A stretch of 64,000 nucleotides of DNA. Origin: Macrostomum lignano (lineage: Eukaryota). A program made the translations under genes and the position numbers. This document shows, piece after piece, positions 12,066 to 24,600 of the stretch. Below the pieces are notes generated by a model. That model was not told the origin of the DNA, did not search any database, and saw only the letters and a list, made by a program, of their open reading frames with translations. Position 1 is the stretch's first letter; each line of letters opens with the position of its first letter. The DNA is taken from NCBI GenBank assembly GCA_002269645.1, contig NIVC01000529.1, positions 145,984 through 209,983 of the forward strand, read 5' to 3'.

Positions 12066-12549
12066 AAGCTTACATGATTCTAAAGAGCCATGTAGGCACA
12101 GCATTATAAGCAGAGCAGGTGTTGATGCTATCCAGTAAATAATGTGTTGCCACGGGACTGAACCCATCGCTTCTGAAGGACGATAGCTTTGACCGGATAT
12201 GCCCATCGGTTCTGCTGCTAAAATATGCTAAGCTAAAATATAGAGATGACCACAGCAACACTGTTTTGCATTCGATCGCACAAGTAATTTCCTGTTTATG
12301 TGTAGCTGCACCAACTGCATTGCAATTTTGCAACGAACCTTTAAGAGGCTGCTTTTTATTAGAAGTTCGAGATACAACAGTTGGTTTTTTAAATACTACT
12401 TACATAAGTAGCTTCAAATCATATTTGGAGCACCTTAATTATTATTTAAGAAAATTAGGACTCTATGAGTTTCTAGTATGAAAGAAAATCAATGAGTAAG
12501 CAAATAATCCATGAAAATCAATGAGTATGAAACTCAACGTTAAATCGTA

Positions 12550-12995
12550 TCTCTCCCCTCTCTCACTCCAACTCTCTCCTTCTCTCCCTCTCCTCTCCCT
12601 CTCTTTCTCGTCCTCTCCTTCTCATTCTCTCCTAACCCTCTCCTTCTCACCCTCTCCTTCTCACCCTCTCCTTCTCACCCTCTCCTTCTCACCCTCTCCT
12701 TCTCACCCTCTCCTTCTCACCCTCTCCTTCTCACCCTCTCCTTCTCGCCCTCTCTTTCTCACCCTCTCCTTCTCACCCTCTCCTTCTCACCCTCTCCTTC
12801 TCACCTCTCCTTCTCACCCTCTCCTTCTCACCCTCTCCTTCTCACCCTCTCCTTCTCACCCTCTCCTTCTCACCCTCTCCTTCTCACCCTCTCCTTCTCA
12901 CCCTCTCCTTCTTTCTCTTCTCTTACCCTCTCTTCATCCTCTCCTCACTCTCTCCCTCTCTTTCCCTCTCCTCACACTACATCTCTCTCCTTCTC
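12550..12995. repeat. Polypyrimidine 14-bp repeat (ctctccttctcacc)
   Basis: Tandem CT-rich units. Confidence 0.9.
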
Positions 12996-13314
12996 TCTTT
13001 TCCCGCCTCGCTCTCAAGCAGCACAGGCCGTTCGAGCTGCACTCGCATTATCTGATGTTGACATTCGGCTGGATGGCGCAAAGCAGGCAAACTGATAAAT
13101 AATAATTTTTATTTCTGTATGAACATTCGAAATTGAAAAAGGAGGCTTCGAGCACAGGAAATGGAAAATCTGGGCTTCATTAGCAGAGCTTGTTTCAAAG
13201 GCCGGTGAAAAATAACGGAATTAATTAGCAAACGCAAATAGTTGGAAAAAGAAGGAGAAAGGTTTCGTACAGATATAAAGATTGAGAGATGAGACTGCGA
13301 CAGAAAGCTTCTCG

Positions 13315-13710
13315 TCTCTTGTTTCTCATATCCTGTTTCTCATGTCCTGTTTCTTATACCCTGTTTCTCATCTCCTGTTTCTCATCTCCTGTTTCTTATC
13401 TCCTGTTTCTCCTATGCTGTTTCTCATACCCTGTTTCTCATCTCCTGTTTCTCATATCCTGTTTCTCATATCCTGTTTCTCATATCCTGTTTCTCATATC
13501 CTGTTTCTCATATCCTGTTTCTCATATCCTGTTTCTCATCTCCTATTTCTCATCTCCTGTTTCTCATCTCCTGTTTCTCATCTCCTGTTTCTCATCTTCA
13601 GTTTCTCATCTTCAGTTTCTCATAGATCATTTTCTTATAGCTCAGTTTCTCATAGATCGGTTTCTCATCCCCAGTTTCTCATAGATCGGTTTCTCATCCC
13701 CAGTTTCTCA
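13315..13710. repeat. 14-bp repeat (ctgtttctcatatc)
   Basis: Tandem units. Confidence 0.9.
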
Positions 13711-14477
13711 TGTTATATTTCTCATCGCAGAGCAGCGCAGCAAGAGTCCAGCAGCTGTGCATGCAATAGCAAACAGTCGATAAGCGCTTAGCCTAAAACC
13801 CTTGGGGCTCGGCCTCTCTTTTTCTCAGAAAATAAAATGGTCTGAGATGTCGCATTGGCGGTCCCAGACTCTCAGCATTGGCAAAAAGACGCACACAATG
13901 CTTGGGACATATCCTGTATATCCTTAATCCTTTTTCCGTCTCTTCCCCCACAGAGTGGTCAGCAGTTCAAGAAGGCTCAGTGGCTCACTCCCCCCTTCTG
14001 GCTTGAGAAGCCAGGACCAGCTCAGAGCGATCTCGCTTCCTTCCCCCAATTTTTCCCTTGTTATGCCGAACTGAATAGTCATAGTTACTGGGAGTCCGAT
14101 TTCTGGGGCGTTTTGGTGTGTCTGGGCAGGGAGTTCGATAGCGAAACAGCCCCCTCAGAAATCAGTTACCAATCCAGATATCTATAGCTTGTGGCGTCCC
14201 TGGCAGTGCAGAGTGCGGGCGGCAGCGGCTTTGCTGCCAATGAAGAAGTTTTCAGCAAAATCCTCAATCGATCGAAGAGCCACAAAAATTAGTAAATCCC
14301 CTATTTTGAGCCGTTCCCCCAATGCTGCCTCTTCCATAACCCTAACGGAGTGTAGCAGCCCCGGCCGAAGCTGCAGAAATCTCCAAGTCTGCTTAATCCG
14401 AGGCGGATTAAGTCAGGCACGTTGCCAGGAGGAGGGGGTGCAAAGAGGGGCCGCCTCCCCAATAGGCTGGCAAAAAT

Positions 14478-14805
14478 TTTGGCGCCAACTTGACATCTGA
14501 TTTGGCGCCAACTTGACATCTGATTTGGCGCCAACTTGACATCTGATTTGGCGCCAACTTGATATCTGATTTGGCGCCAACTTGACATCTGATTTGGCGC
14601 CAACTTGACATCGGATTTGGCGCCAACTTGACATCTGATTTGGCGCCAACTTGACATCTGATTTGGCGCCAACTTGACATCTGATTTGGCGCCAACTTGA
14701 CATCTGATTTGGCGCCAACTTGACATCTGATTTGGCGCCAACTTGACATCGGATTTGGCGCCAACTTGATATCTGATTTGGCGCCAACTTGACATCTGAT
14801 TTGGC
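14478..14805. repeat. 23-bp minisatellite (ttggcgccaacttgacatctgat)
   Basis: About 14 units, each with the palindrome TTGGCGCCAA. Confidence 0.95.
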
Positions 14806-15147
14806 AGGTACAGCAGGTTTGGCGCCCCTTCACAGCAGGTTTGGCGCCCCTTCACAGCAGGTTTGGCGCCCCTTCACAGCAGGTTTGGCGCCCCTTCACA
14901 GCAGGTTTGGCGCCCCTTCACAGCAGGTTTGGCGCCCCTTCACAGCAGGTTTGGCGCCCCTTCACAGCAGGTTTGGCGCCCCTTCACAGCAGGTTTGGCG
15001 CCCCTTCACAGCAGGTTTGGCGCCCCTTCACAGCAGGTTTGGCGCCCCTTCACAGCAGGTTTGGCGCCCCTTCACAGCAGGTTTGGCGCCCCTTCACAGC
15101 AGGTTTGGCGCCCCTTCACAGCAGGTTTGGCGCCCCTTCACAGCAGG
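14806..15147. repeat. 22-bp minisatellite (gcaggtttggcgccccttcaca)
   Basis: About 15 near-identical units. Confidence 0.95.
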
Positions 15148-15187
15148 TCCCCTGCTCCCAATTTTAGCAGTTCCCCAACAACTACTC

Positions 15188-15685
15188 TGGCGCCCCTTGG
15201 TGCTGGTGCCCCTTGGTGTTGGGCGCCCCTTGGTGCTGGCGCCCCTTGGTGCTGGCGCCCCTTGGTGCTGGCGCCCCTTGGTGCTGGCGCCCCTTGGTGC
15301 TGGCGCCCCTTGGTGCTGGCGCCCCTTGGTGCTGGCGCCCCTTGGTGCTGGCGCCCCTTGGTGCTGGCGCCCCTTGGTGCTGGCGCCCCTTGGTGCTGGC
15401 GCCCCTTGGTGCTGGCGCCCTTTGGTGCTGGCGCCCCTTGGTGCTGGCGCCCCTTGGTGCTGGCGCCCCTTGGTGCTGGCGCCCCTTGGTGCTGGCGCCC
15501 CTTGGTGCTGGCGCCCCTTGGTGCTGGCGCCCCTTGGTGCTGGCGCCCCTTGGTGCTGGCGCCCCTTGGTGCTGGCGCCCCTTGGTGCTGGCGCCCCTTG
15601 GTGCTGGCGCCCCTTGGTGCTGGCGCCCCTTGGTGCTGGCGCCCCTTGGTGCTGGCGCTTCTTGGTGCTGGCGCCCCTTGGTGCT
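15188..15685. repeat. 16-bp minisatellite (tggcgccccttggtgc)
   Basis: About 31 units; shares tggcgcccctt with the 22-mer. Confidence 0.95.
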
Positions 15686-16097
15686 AAGCCAGACAGGCTC
15701 TGCTCACATCCAGCCAGCGCATTGAAGCAGCAAAGAAATCTCCTTTCAACCAAGACAAGCATTTTTCGGACAGGATATCTGTCTGGGAACTTGATTTAAA
15801 ATGGGTTCAGCCTTGACTTGGCTGCAAGAGCGCAAAGTGCTTGTGCATCTGGGCTGATCCAATTCTCCGATGAGGCCCCACACAGTGAGGGGTTAACGAG
15901 CGAGCGAGTGTAGAAATTGCATACCCAAATTCTGTAGCTGGCGGGGGTGAGCCCGTGTCCCAGAGGGAGACTGGAAATTGATGAGGAGATGAGGACATTG
16001 AGCAAGATCACTTTACTCAACTCCCCCCTGACTCTCAGACATTCATGAGTAGAAACACATTACGAGAAGCAGTCACTTTCACTGACTTGAAATTTCA

Positions 16098-16598
<501 letters not shown>

Positions 16599-17769
16599 CT
16601 CTATCCATGATCCCAGCTCATGGGATTGTGGGATTCCCAATCTCACGCACCAGCAACCCAATCCCTAAAAGAGGCTTCCTTTTCGTAGCTATCGACCCCC
16701 AATGATACGCGACTTTAAGGGGAAAGCTGCAAAGCTCGGGAATGCCAGCGGACCGTTTATCAGTGATTAATCGGACCGAGTATAAAAGCCAGGGAAAATT
16801 CCGTCCCTCCGTCTGCCCTCGCCTCCTCCGATCTCCTTCTAGTTTTCAGTCCTATCGTGGGGATTTGGACGAACCCAAGGAGGCGTACGAACTTTGCAGA
16901 AGCAGCGGCAGCAGCAGCAACTACCGAAGCAGAGCTGGAGCTTCACTTCAAGAAGAGAGGAACATTAGAAGCCTTCTTCCTGAACAGAAGGGACAGAGCT
17001 TAGAAAGGCAAATAAAGGGGCCCACCACATGGAGGAGTGCGCGCGCAGAGGGACTACAGCCGAACCCAGAAGAGCAAACACTGCCCAAGCGGACTGACGC
17101 TAGGACCATCCCCCCCCCACACACGCGCCAATCGGACGAGATTTCAGCCTTGAAATAGTGGATTGGAGGCGAGGTGTAGTCTGCCTGCGCCGGGGTTGGG
17201 ATATTTTGCCGGGCCAAGTTGCAGACTTTCCGCTCCGCCGGGCAAGCAGCCGCATAGCCGCTTCGCTGTCCCTCGGCAGCAGTTCCAGACCTTTTCCTGA
17301 CCGACTGTCTGCGTCTCTTGCCTGCGAACAGAGGTGGGGGCCTGAATCCGGCGTGAACTCTTGGACTGGGAGAAAGTGAAAGGAAGAAAAGAACACAGGG
17401 CATATATTAGCAGGAGGGACGATGGCCAGTAGTGTCGGTTGTGGCTTGTTCGTGTCCAGCAGCTCTAGCAGGGTTGTGTGCAGCATTTCCGAACACCTGC
17501 CTGTCCAGCAGCAGCAACAACCGACTACAGCAGCAAGGTAATTACTGTTTCTTCTATTGAAGGTAAACATGACGCAACCGATTTTCACTGTCTGTCACTC
17601 CAAATCTGCAGAAGTTTAATCGAGCCGTTTCGACGGGGCCTCTTGCAGCAGCGAAGGCAGAAACGAAACCGCACCAGCGTCATGGAGCCGTTCCGGCAGA
17701 CCCCGCAACTCCCGCCGCCGCTCCCGCCGCCGCCCCGCCGCCGCCCCCGCCGCCGCCCCGCCGCCTTCA

Positions 17770-20725
17770 ATGTCCTACCAGGTGCATCCTCCGCCAAGCG
17801 TCTCGGAAATAGCTCGATCATCAGCTTCTGCCAACACCGGGGGACTCTTCGAGGCTGTGGCCGCCTTTCTTCAGCAGGCTGATGACTTTGACGGGAACGA
17901 TGAGGTCTCGCCTGGATCGTGGAATCTTCAGGAATCGTCGGAGCAGCAGCAGAAGCAGAAGAGTACTATGACTCGACAGAAGACCGAGCCGTCCGAGTTC
18001 AGCTCAGAGACTCGAAAGTCTTTCGTGTTTTCTTCGCACCGTTTGCGCACCGCCAAGGCCTTTTTGGACAATTCAACTTTTCACGGCCTTTGGCGAGTGC
18101 AGCCGAGCGCAAATAAGCAGAATTTGCTAAGCAGAAAGATGCACCTGCTGTGGACACTGATTGTCATTGCCGCAATCAGCTGCCTATGGCTGCACGTCTA
18201 CAAACAGGTGTCACGCTACTTCAAATACCCGCTGCAATCGTCTACTCGCGAGATTTTGAACGACTTTCACTTTCCCAGCGTGACAATTTGCGAAGCCTGG
18301 CAGATGAAATTCTTCAAGGAAAATTACAAAAGTGTCTCTCTTCGCCTAGCCAACGAGCCTGAAGACTACCTAAACATGACCTACTGGCTGTTTGATGTGC
18401 CGAAATCGGAGAATACTCTGCAGTACCTGAGCAACTCGACCGCCTACGGACTGTCGGTACTCGACTTGCTGATCGACTGCAAGCTGAACGGCCTGCCGTG
18501 CGACAAGGACTCATTCTCGGCCTTCTACCACAGGCAATACGGAAATTGTTTCACCTTTGACGCCGAGGTCCACCACGACGAGAAACTAGGCCACTCCGGT
18601 TCCCGCGTGCACGAAGGTCTCAGCCTCATTCTGTACTCGCCATCCTCGGATCCGTATTTCAGAAACTTCTCGGACCCAGTACCGCTGGACAGCTCCGGGG
18701 TCAGCGGCCTCGAGATTGACGGCGTATTGGTGACGGCCCACGAAGCGAACACTGTGCCCCGGGTGAGCGAGGACTCCATCATTGCCGCGACTAGCCACGA
18801 GACCAAGATCGGCCTGAAGGAGGTTCGAACGACTCTGGTCAACACGCCTGCCCGACCTTGCCACGAGTCGTCGAATTTTCGCGTCCACGATCACCTGGTG
18901 CCGATAGAGCGCACCTACAAGACGTCCTTGCCGGACCGGCTGGAATGGGAGGACATTGTCCAGGTGTTAAAGAGCTGCAACTGCCTCGCCAGCAGTCCAG
19001 TTGGAGTTCCAACACATCTGGCCAATTATTCTGGCGTCCGTCAGTGCGCCGACCTGTTTGACGCGCTGCGCGGCGACTTTCCGAAGTATCGAAATTTCCG
19101 TAACCACGAATGCCAGGAAAAATTCAATAGGGGCAAGTTTTCCTGTCGCGAGAAGTTGTTAAAGGAATTTCCAGCTCTGGCAAGAAACTGGGAGGAATTT
19201 CAATGCTACCAGAGGCTCACCAACCAGTCATTTCACGAGTCAGATGCCCAAGTGTTGGAAGCCGACGACCAGTGCTCATCCATCAGCTATCAGTTTCAGA
19301 TCTTCACGTCCGAACTGCCGGACAGTCAGTCGGCAAGCTGGCAGTTTGGTCGCTACGATGCTAGATTAATTTTTCAGACATTCTCAACCATTCTGGACAG
19401 GTGTGAATGAGAGATACAATTCTATTTTGATATTCTAAGCTACTTCGAATGCTTAAGTAAACACCCCGTTACCCCAAGTCTTACAGTGGGCACCCCGTTA
19501 CCCCAAGTCTTACAGTGGGCACCCCGTTACCCCAAGTCTTACAGTGGGCATCCCGTTACCCCAAGTCTTTCATTGGACATCCCGTTACCCCAAGTCTTAC
19601 AGTGGACACCCCGTTACCCCAAGTCTTTCAGTGGGCACCCCGTTACCCCAAGTCTTTCAGTGGACATCCCGTTACCCCAAGTCTTACAGTGGACACCCCG
19701 TTACCCCAAGTCTTCAAGTGGGCACCCCGTTACCCCAAGTCTTTCAGTGGACATCCCGTTACCCCAAGTCTTACAGTGGACACCCCGTTACCCCAAGTCT
19801 TCAAGTGGGCACCCCGTTACCCCAAGTCTTTCAGTGGACACCCCGTTACCCCAAGTCTTCAAGTGGGCACCCCGTTACCCCAAGTCTTTCATTGGACATC
19901 CCGTTACCCCAAGTCTTACAGTGGACACCCCGTTACCCCAAGTCTTCAAGTGGGCACCCCGTTACCCCAAGTCTTTCAGTGGACATCCCGTTACCCCAAG
20001 TCTTACAGTGGACATCCCGTTACCCCAAGTCTTACAGTGGACACTCCGTTACTCCAAGTCTTTAATACAGCGAATGCTTTATAGTGCAGCGTTTAGACTA
20101 GCTGTGATATGCCCAAGACTTCAGTAGACACAGCGATACCCCTTTTTAATAGACACACTTCGCTGTGATCTTCACGCACTACAACCCAAGTTTCCTATCC
20201 CACAGGTATCTGAAACGCTTCGAAAACAGTAGAGAAGACGAGCTACCAGCAGTTGTTCGCTCCGTTCGCTCCAAAGGACTCAGGCCTGGCGAATGCACAA
20301 CCATGATCGATCGCAAGTTTAAAGACGAGGAAAACTGTAGCGACGTTCAAGAGTTCATATCGCGTCATTTTCTGCGCGTTCAGGTGTACCCATTTAGCCT
20401 TAGCGTGGTGCACATCGCCGAGGAGAGAAGCTACTCGATTGTGGACCTATTCTCCCATCTGGGCGGCATCCTGGGCCTGTGGGTCGGCTCGTCAATTGTG
20501 TCGCTATTCGAACTACTTGAGCTGGTCACCTTCCTGTCGGCCAGTTCCCTGTCATTCAGCCTTAATAAGAGACTGCAAAAGTCTAATTCTGGGGCTGCTG
20601 TGCTGAGATACCCGGTTCCCAGCAAGAAGCCGCCAGCCGCTGCTGCTGCTGCTGGCTTGTCACCGATGGCACCATCTGTACAGGTGTCGCTAGCTACTGA
20701 GTTCGATGAGGCTTCCGCAAATTGA
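17770..20725 (+). CDS. DEG/ENaC (ASIC/ENaC superfamily) channel subunit, exons 17770-19400 and 20206-20725, ~716 aa
   Basis: Pre-TM1 STFHG, TM1, FPSVTIC, YGNCFTFD, Cys-rich thumb, TM2 LFSHLGGILGLWVGSSIVSLFEL (GxS belt). Phase-2 intron AG|gt...cacag|G restores the frame. The true N-terminus is uncertain. Confidence 0.92.
19465..20062. repeat. 29-bp minisatellite (caccccgttaccccaagtcttacagtggg) filling the DEG/ENaC intron
   Basis: About 20 tandem units. Confidence 0.95.
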
Positions 20726-21629
20726 GGCAGGCTTTATAGACGACTAAATGTTTTGTCTCTTTACTGACTCAATAGCAGCTTAAAGCATCGTTTCAATTGT
20801 AAAAATGTTCATGCTGCATGCGAGCTAATGGTCATCCAAATTATAACCCTATAACAAATTATATTGCACCTGTCATTCTCAATGACCAAAGCTCGATCAA
20901 AATTAATTGAGTTTAGCGACAACAGAAGGTCACTTTAATTTTCGTTCTATGATTCAATCGTGTATAGATAACAGTTTACATATGAGTGGATGCGTTCCAG
21001 CTTTGAAAGGCTATTATGTACGAGCGTACATGTACACGTACGAGAGTTGTCCAAAAAGTTCAGTTTCTTTATTTCTCGGTTTTCACTTACGAATGCTCAT
21101 ATCTGCTGAATAAAATAACAAATAGCAGTGTATTTTTAAATAAAACGTTCAGTTACATGTAAATGACATAGAATAGATGTTGTTGGTCTTATTATCTGAT
21201 TAGAATATATTAAAACACATTTATCCTCGTGCATGTATATTTTAACCATACTACTACAGTAAAAGTAGTAGTAAAACTATCAAAAAGCTATAAACGTTTA
21301 GCGGCTAGTGATAGTGAAATTCTAACCAAGACGCTATGCTACATAATGTTGTAACATTGTACAATGTTGTACAGACGGTCTCTGACTGTTTTTACCCTGG
21401 CTGCCTCCTGGTAGCTTGTCTAAGGGTTGTGCGCAATCCGATTGGCCTGGCTTCGGCTAGCCCAATTTTCTAAGGGTCCGCCCCGGTGCCTATTCTAAAA
21501 ATAACCCTACTTTTTATTCCAATTTTTCGGCCCTCGGCCTTGGTTTAGGGGGGTGTACTGAGAGTGAGTGCGTACTCTGGACTGCAGTGTGGCTAGAACG
21601 GGACTTGAGCCCCCCGGTCGTACCCGCCC

Positions 21630-24600
21630 TGTTAGCACTGTGATGAACTTTTATTTATTAGAGAATGCACTTTGCTTAGTAGCCGTCAACGGCTGAGAAT
21701 CCTATTGATGTCTATGGACATTTGTACAGTTCAATTCGGTGGCTTAAAGAGTTGCCAAAATATAATTGAAAAGACCAAGCGTCTGCAGAGTTAAGCTAAA
21801 GGCTGAGACTCGATCAATTTTCTTACTCGTCCCAAAAAACGAACACTGGCGACGACGGCTGGTCTTATCGAGCCTCTGGAGACAGAAGCCCCAGCGGAAA
21901 TTGAGCGCTGGTTCCAACGCTTCGAAGCAGTTTCCAAGCTGAACAAGTGGGATGACACCGCTCAGAAGTTCGCCCTCATCGCACACCTCGGCAAGAAGGC
22001 CTTCGCACTGTTGGCGGATGCGCTATTGCCAGATAAGCCTGACGCCAAGACCTACGCTGATCTGAAAACTCAGCTGATCAAGGAGACGAAAGCGGCGAAA
22101 TCCGAGATTGCATACCGGTACGCGTTCCATCACCTCAAGCAGGACGACGGCGAAGACGTTTCTGCCTACGCAAGAAGGCTGCGACTGGGTTCGGAGAACT
22201 GCGGCTTTTCAACCGCCGAACTGAATGACCGCCTGCGGGACCAATTTATCTTCGGATTGTCGAACAAGGAGATCGTCAGAAAGTTGCTCACGGAGAAACT
22301 GAAAGATCTGACGTGGGAAAAAGTAACTACGGTGGCCAATGCATGCGAGGCCGTAAGTCGCGGCGAGAGACAAATCTCAGGAGGCGAAATTCTACATGTC
22401 AAGTCAGATCCTCCTTCGACATCGAAAGCCCACAAGCCAGCGTATCAGAAAAGCGACCAGAAGAACGGCCAATTGCGCCAAGTCAAGTGCTTCTGCTGCG
22501 GCAAGGAAGGACATACAAAGGACCAGTGCCACCACCGGACTAAGACATGCCTTCAGTGTGGTAAGGTTGGTCATCTCAAAGCAGTTTGCAGGTGCGGACC
22601 GAACAAAGGTGGACAACGGCCTTCAACGAGCAACAAATGGTCACAAGGAGGCGGACGGCATCCAAGGAGCAGAGTCAGAGCAATCGACGATGCAGCTGAT
22701 CAAGTCGGGCACATTTTCTCGATGATGACGCCGGAAGATGGTCGTGGAAGCAGAAGGATAACGCGACATGTAGTAGTCAATGGTACGAAAATCAAGATGC
22801 TACTGGACACCGGGTCGTGCTCAACGTTCGTGTCAAGCTCGGTGTTTCAAAGCCTACTCGAACCAGCAAATGTAAGGCCCACAAGCAGACGATTCGCTGC
22901 GTATCAAGGGGATCCAGTGCTAGTGAAAGGCGAAGCTATTGTGAACGCCAAGCTAAACTCAGTAAGTTCCGACCTAACTCTGTTTGTGGTGGACAACCCA
23001 AAAGCCGAATCTATCTATGGCCTAGATTGGATTGCTGCCCTTGAGCCAGACCTCTACACTTTTATTACAAAATGTACGGTGCCTGAGGAAGACGGCTCGA
23101 ATCCTACAACGGCGTGCTCTGTAAAAAGATTTTCTGTATCATTGGCCATTGAGGCGGGAGCAAAGCCCATCTTTTTTAAACCTCGGCAAATTCCATACGG
23201 GATTCAGGACGATGTCAAGGCCGAGTTGAAGAGAATGGAAGAGGCTGGACAGCTCCAGAAGGTGGAATCCAGCGAGTGGGCTACACCCATTGTCTGTGTT
23301 CGAAAGCAGTCTGGAAAGGTTCGGATTTGTGGTGACTACAAGGTTACCCTCAACCCACTGCTGAAAGACATGGTGTCAACAACGCCCACAATTGACGAAG
23401 TTCTGTCAAAACTAGGCCGTGCCCGCCGATTCTCTACGTTGGACCTATCAAATGCGTACCTCCAAGTACCGGTGGATGAAGACAGCAGCGTGATGCTGAC
23501 GTGGAGCACTCCGTTCGGCTTATACAGGCCCACTGCATTGGCATATGGAGTAAAGCAAGCACCAGCAATTTTTCAGTCATTCATGGACAGGTTGCTTCTA
23601 AACATAGAAGGTGTCATTTCCTACCAAGATGACATTCTTGTGTGGGGTTTCAACCAACAGAGTCATGACAACAGACTGTCCAATGTGCTTCGAATTTTAA
23701 AGGAGAGTGGACTGAGCATTAACGAGGAGAAATGCACTTTTAACAAGCCATCTATCATGTTCCTGGGATATGAGATCAGTGAAAACGGCATTCGTCCACC
23801 ACCAAAGAAAGCCAAGGAGATTGCAGGATTAGAAGAGCCAAAGAATCTCAAGCAGCTGCAGTCATTTATCGGGATGGTCGATTTCTACGGACGGTGTATC
23901 AAGAATCTCGCGAGCCTGAAAGAACCTCTAACGAAACTGACCAGGTCAGGAACGAAGTGGGCATGGGGCCCAATCGAGCAGAGAGCCTTTCAGAGCATCA
24001 AGGACGAACTACACAATGCAGTCGCTCTCAAGCCTTTTGATCCATCAGATAAGATCGTTCTCACTACTGACGCGTCACCATCGGGACTTGGTGCAGTCCT
24101 CGAGCAGTCGTCCGGGCCCGTAATCACTTTGATGAGCTACGAATACGCCATTGAGTGCAAGAGATCTGCTGAGATTCCCGTGGCCGATGCCCTGTCAAGA
24201 CTGCAGAACAGCACGTCTGAAGGAGAGCAGTTTGACATTAGCTCAGTGCAGGACTGCCTACTAGATTTTCCAATCAACAAGGAGCGTTTGAGAAGACAAT
24301 CGAAAGAGGATTCAGAGCTCCGGAAGTTATTCGCTCAAGTCAAGTTTGGCTGGAATGCAGAAGGACTTCGAGAACTACAACAGTTTAGCCGATTCAGGGA
24401 CGAGTTAGTCATTGAGAATGGATTGCTGTACAGAGGTATTCGGCTGGTTGTACCAAAGCAGGAGCGTTCTGCAACTTTGCGATTGCTGCACGAAGGACAC
24501 ATCGGACCAGAAAAGATGAAATCCATAGCTAGACAATGCGTCTGGTGGCCTGAAGTAGATCGAGACATCGAAAAGTATGCGAAAGGATGTAGTTCGTGCC

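Noticed and set aside
14392-14412. Helitron 3' hairpin (CTTAATCCG-AGG-CGGATTAAG)
   Set aside because: The perfect stem is not followed by CTRR, and no matching 5' TC end or A/T insertion site was identified.
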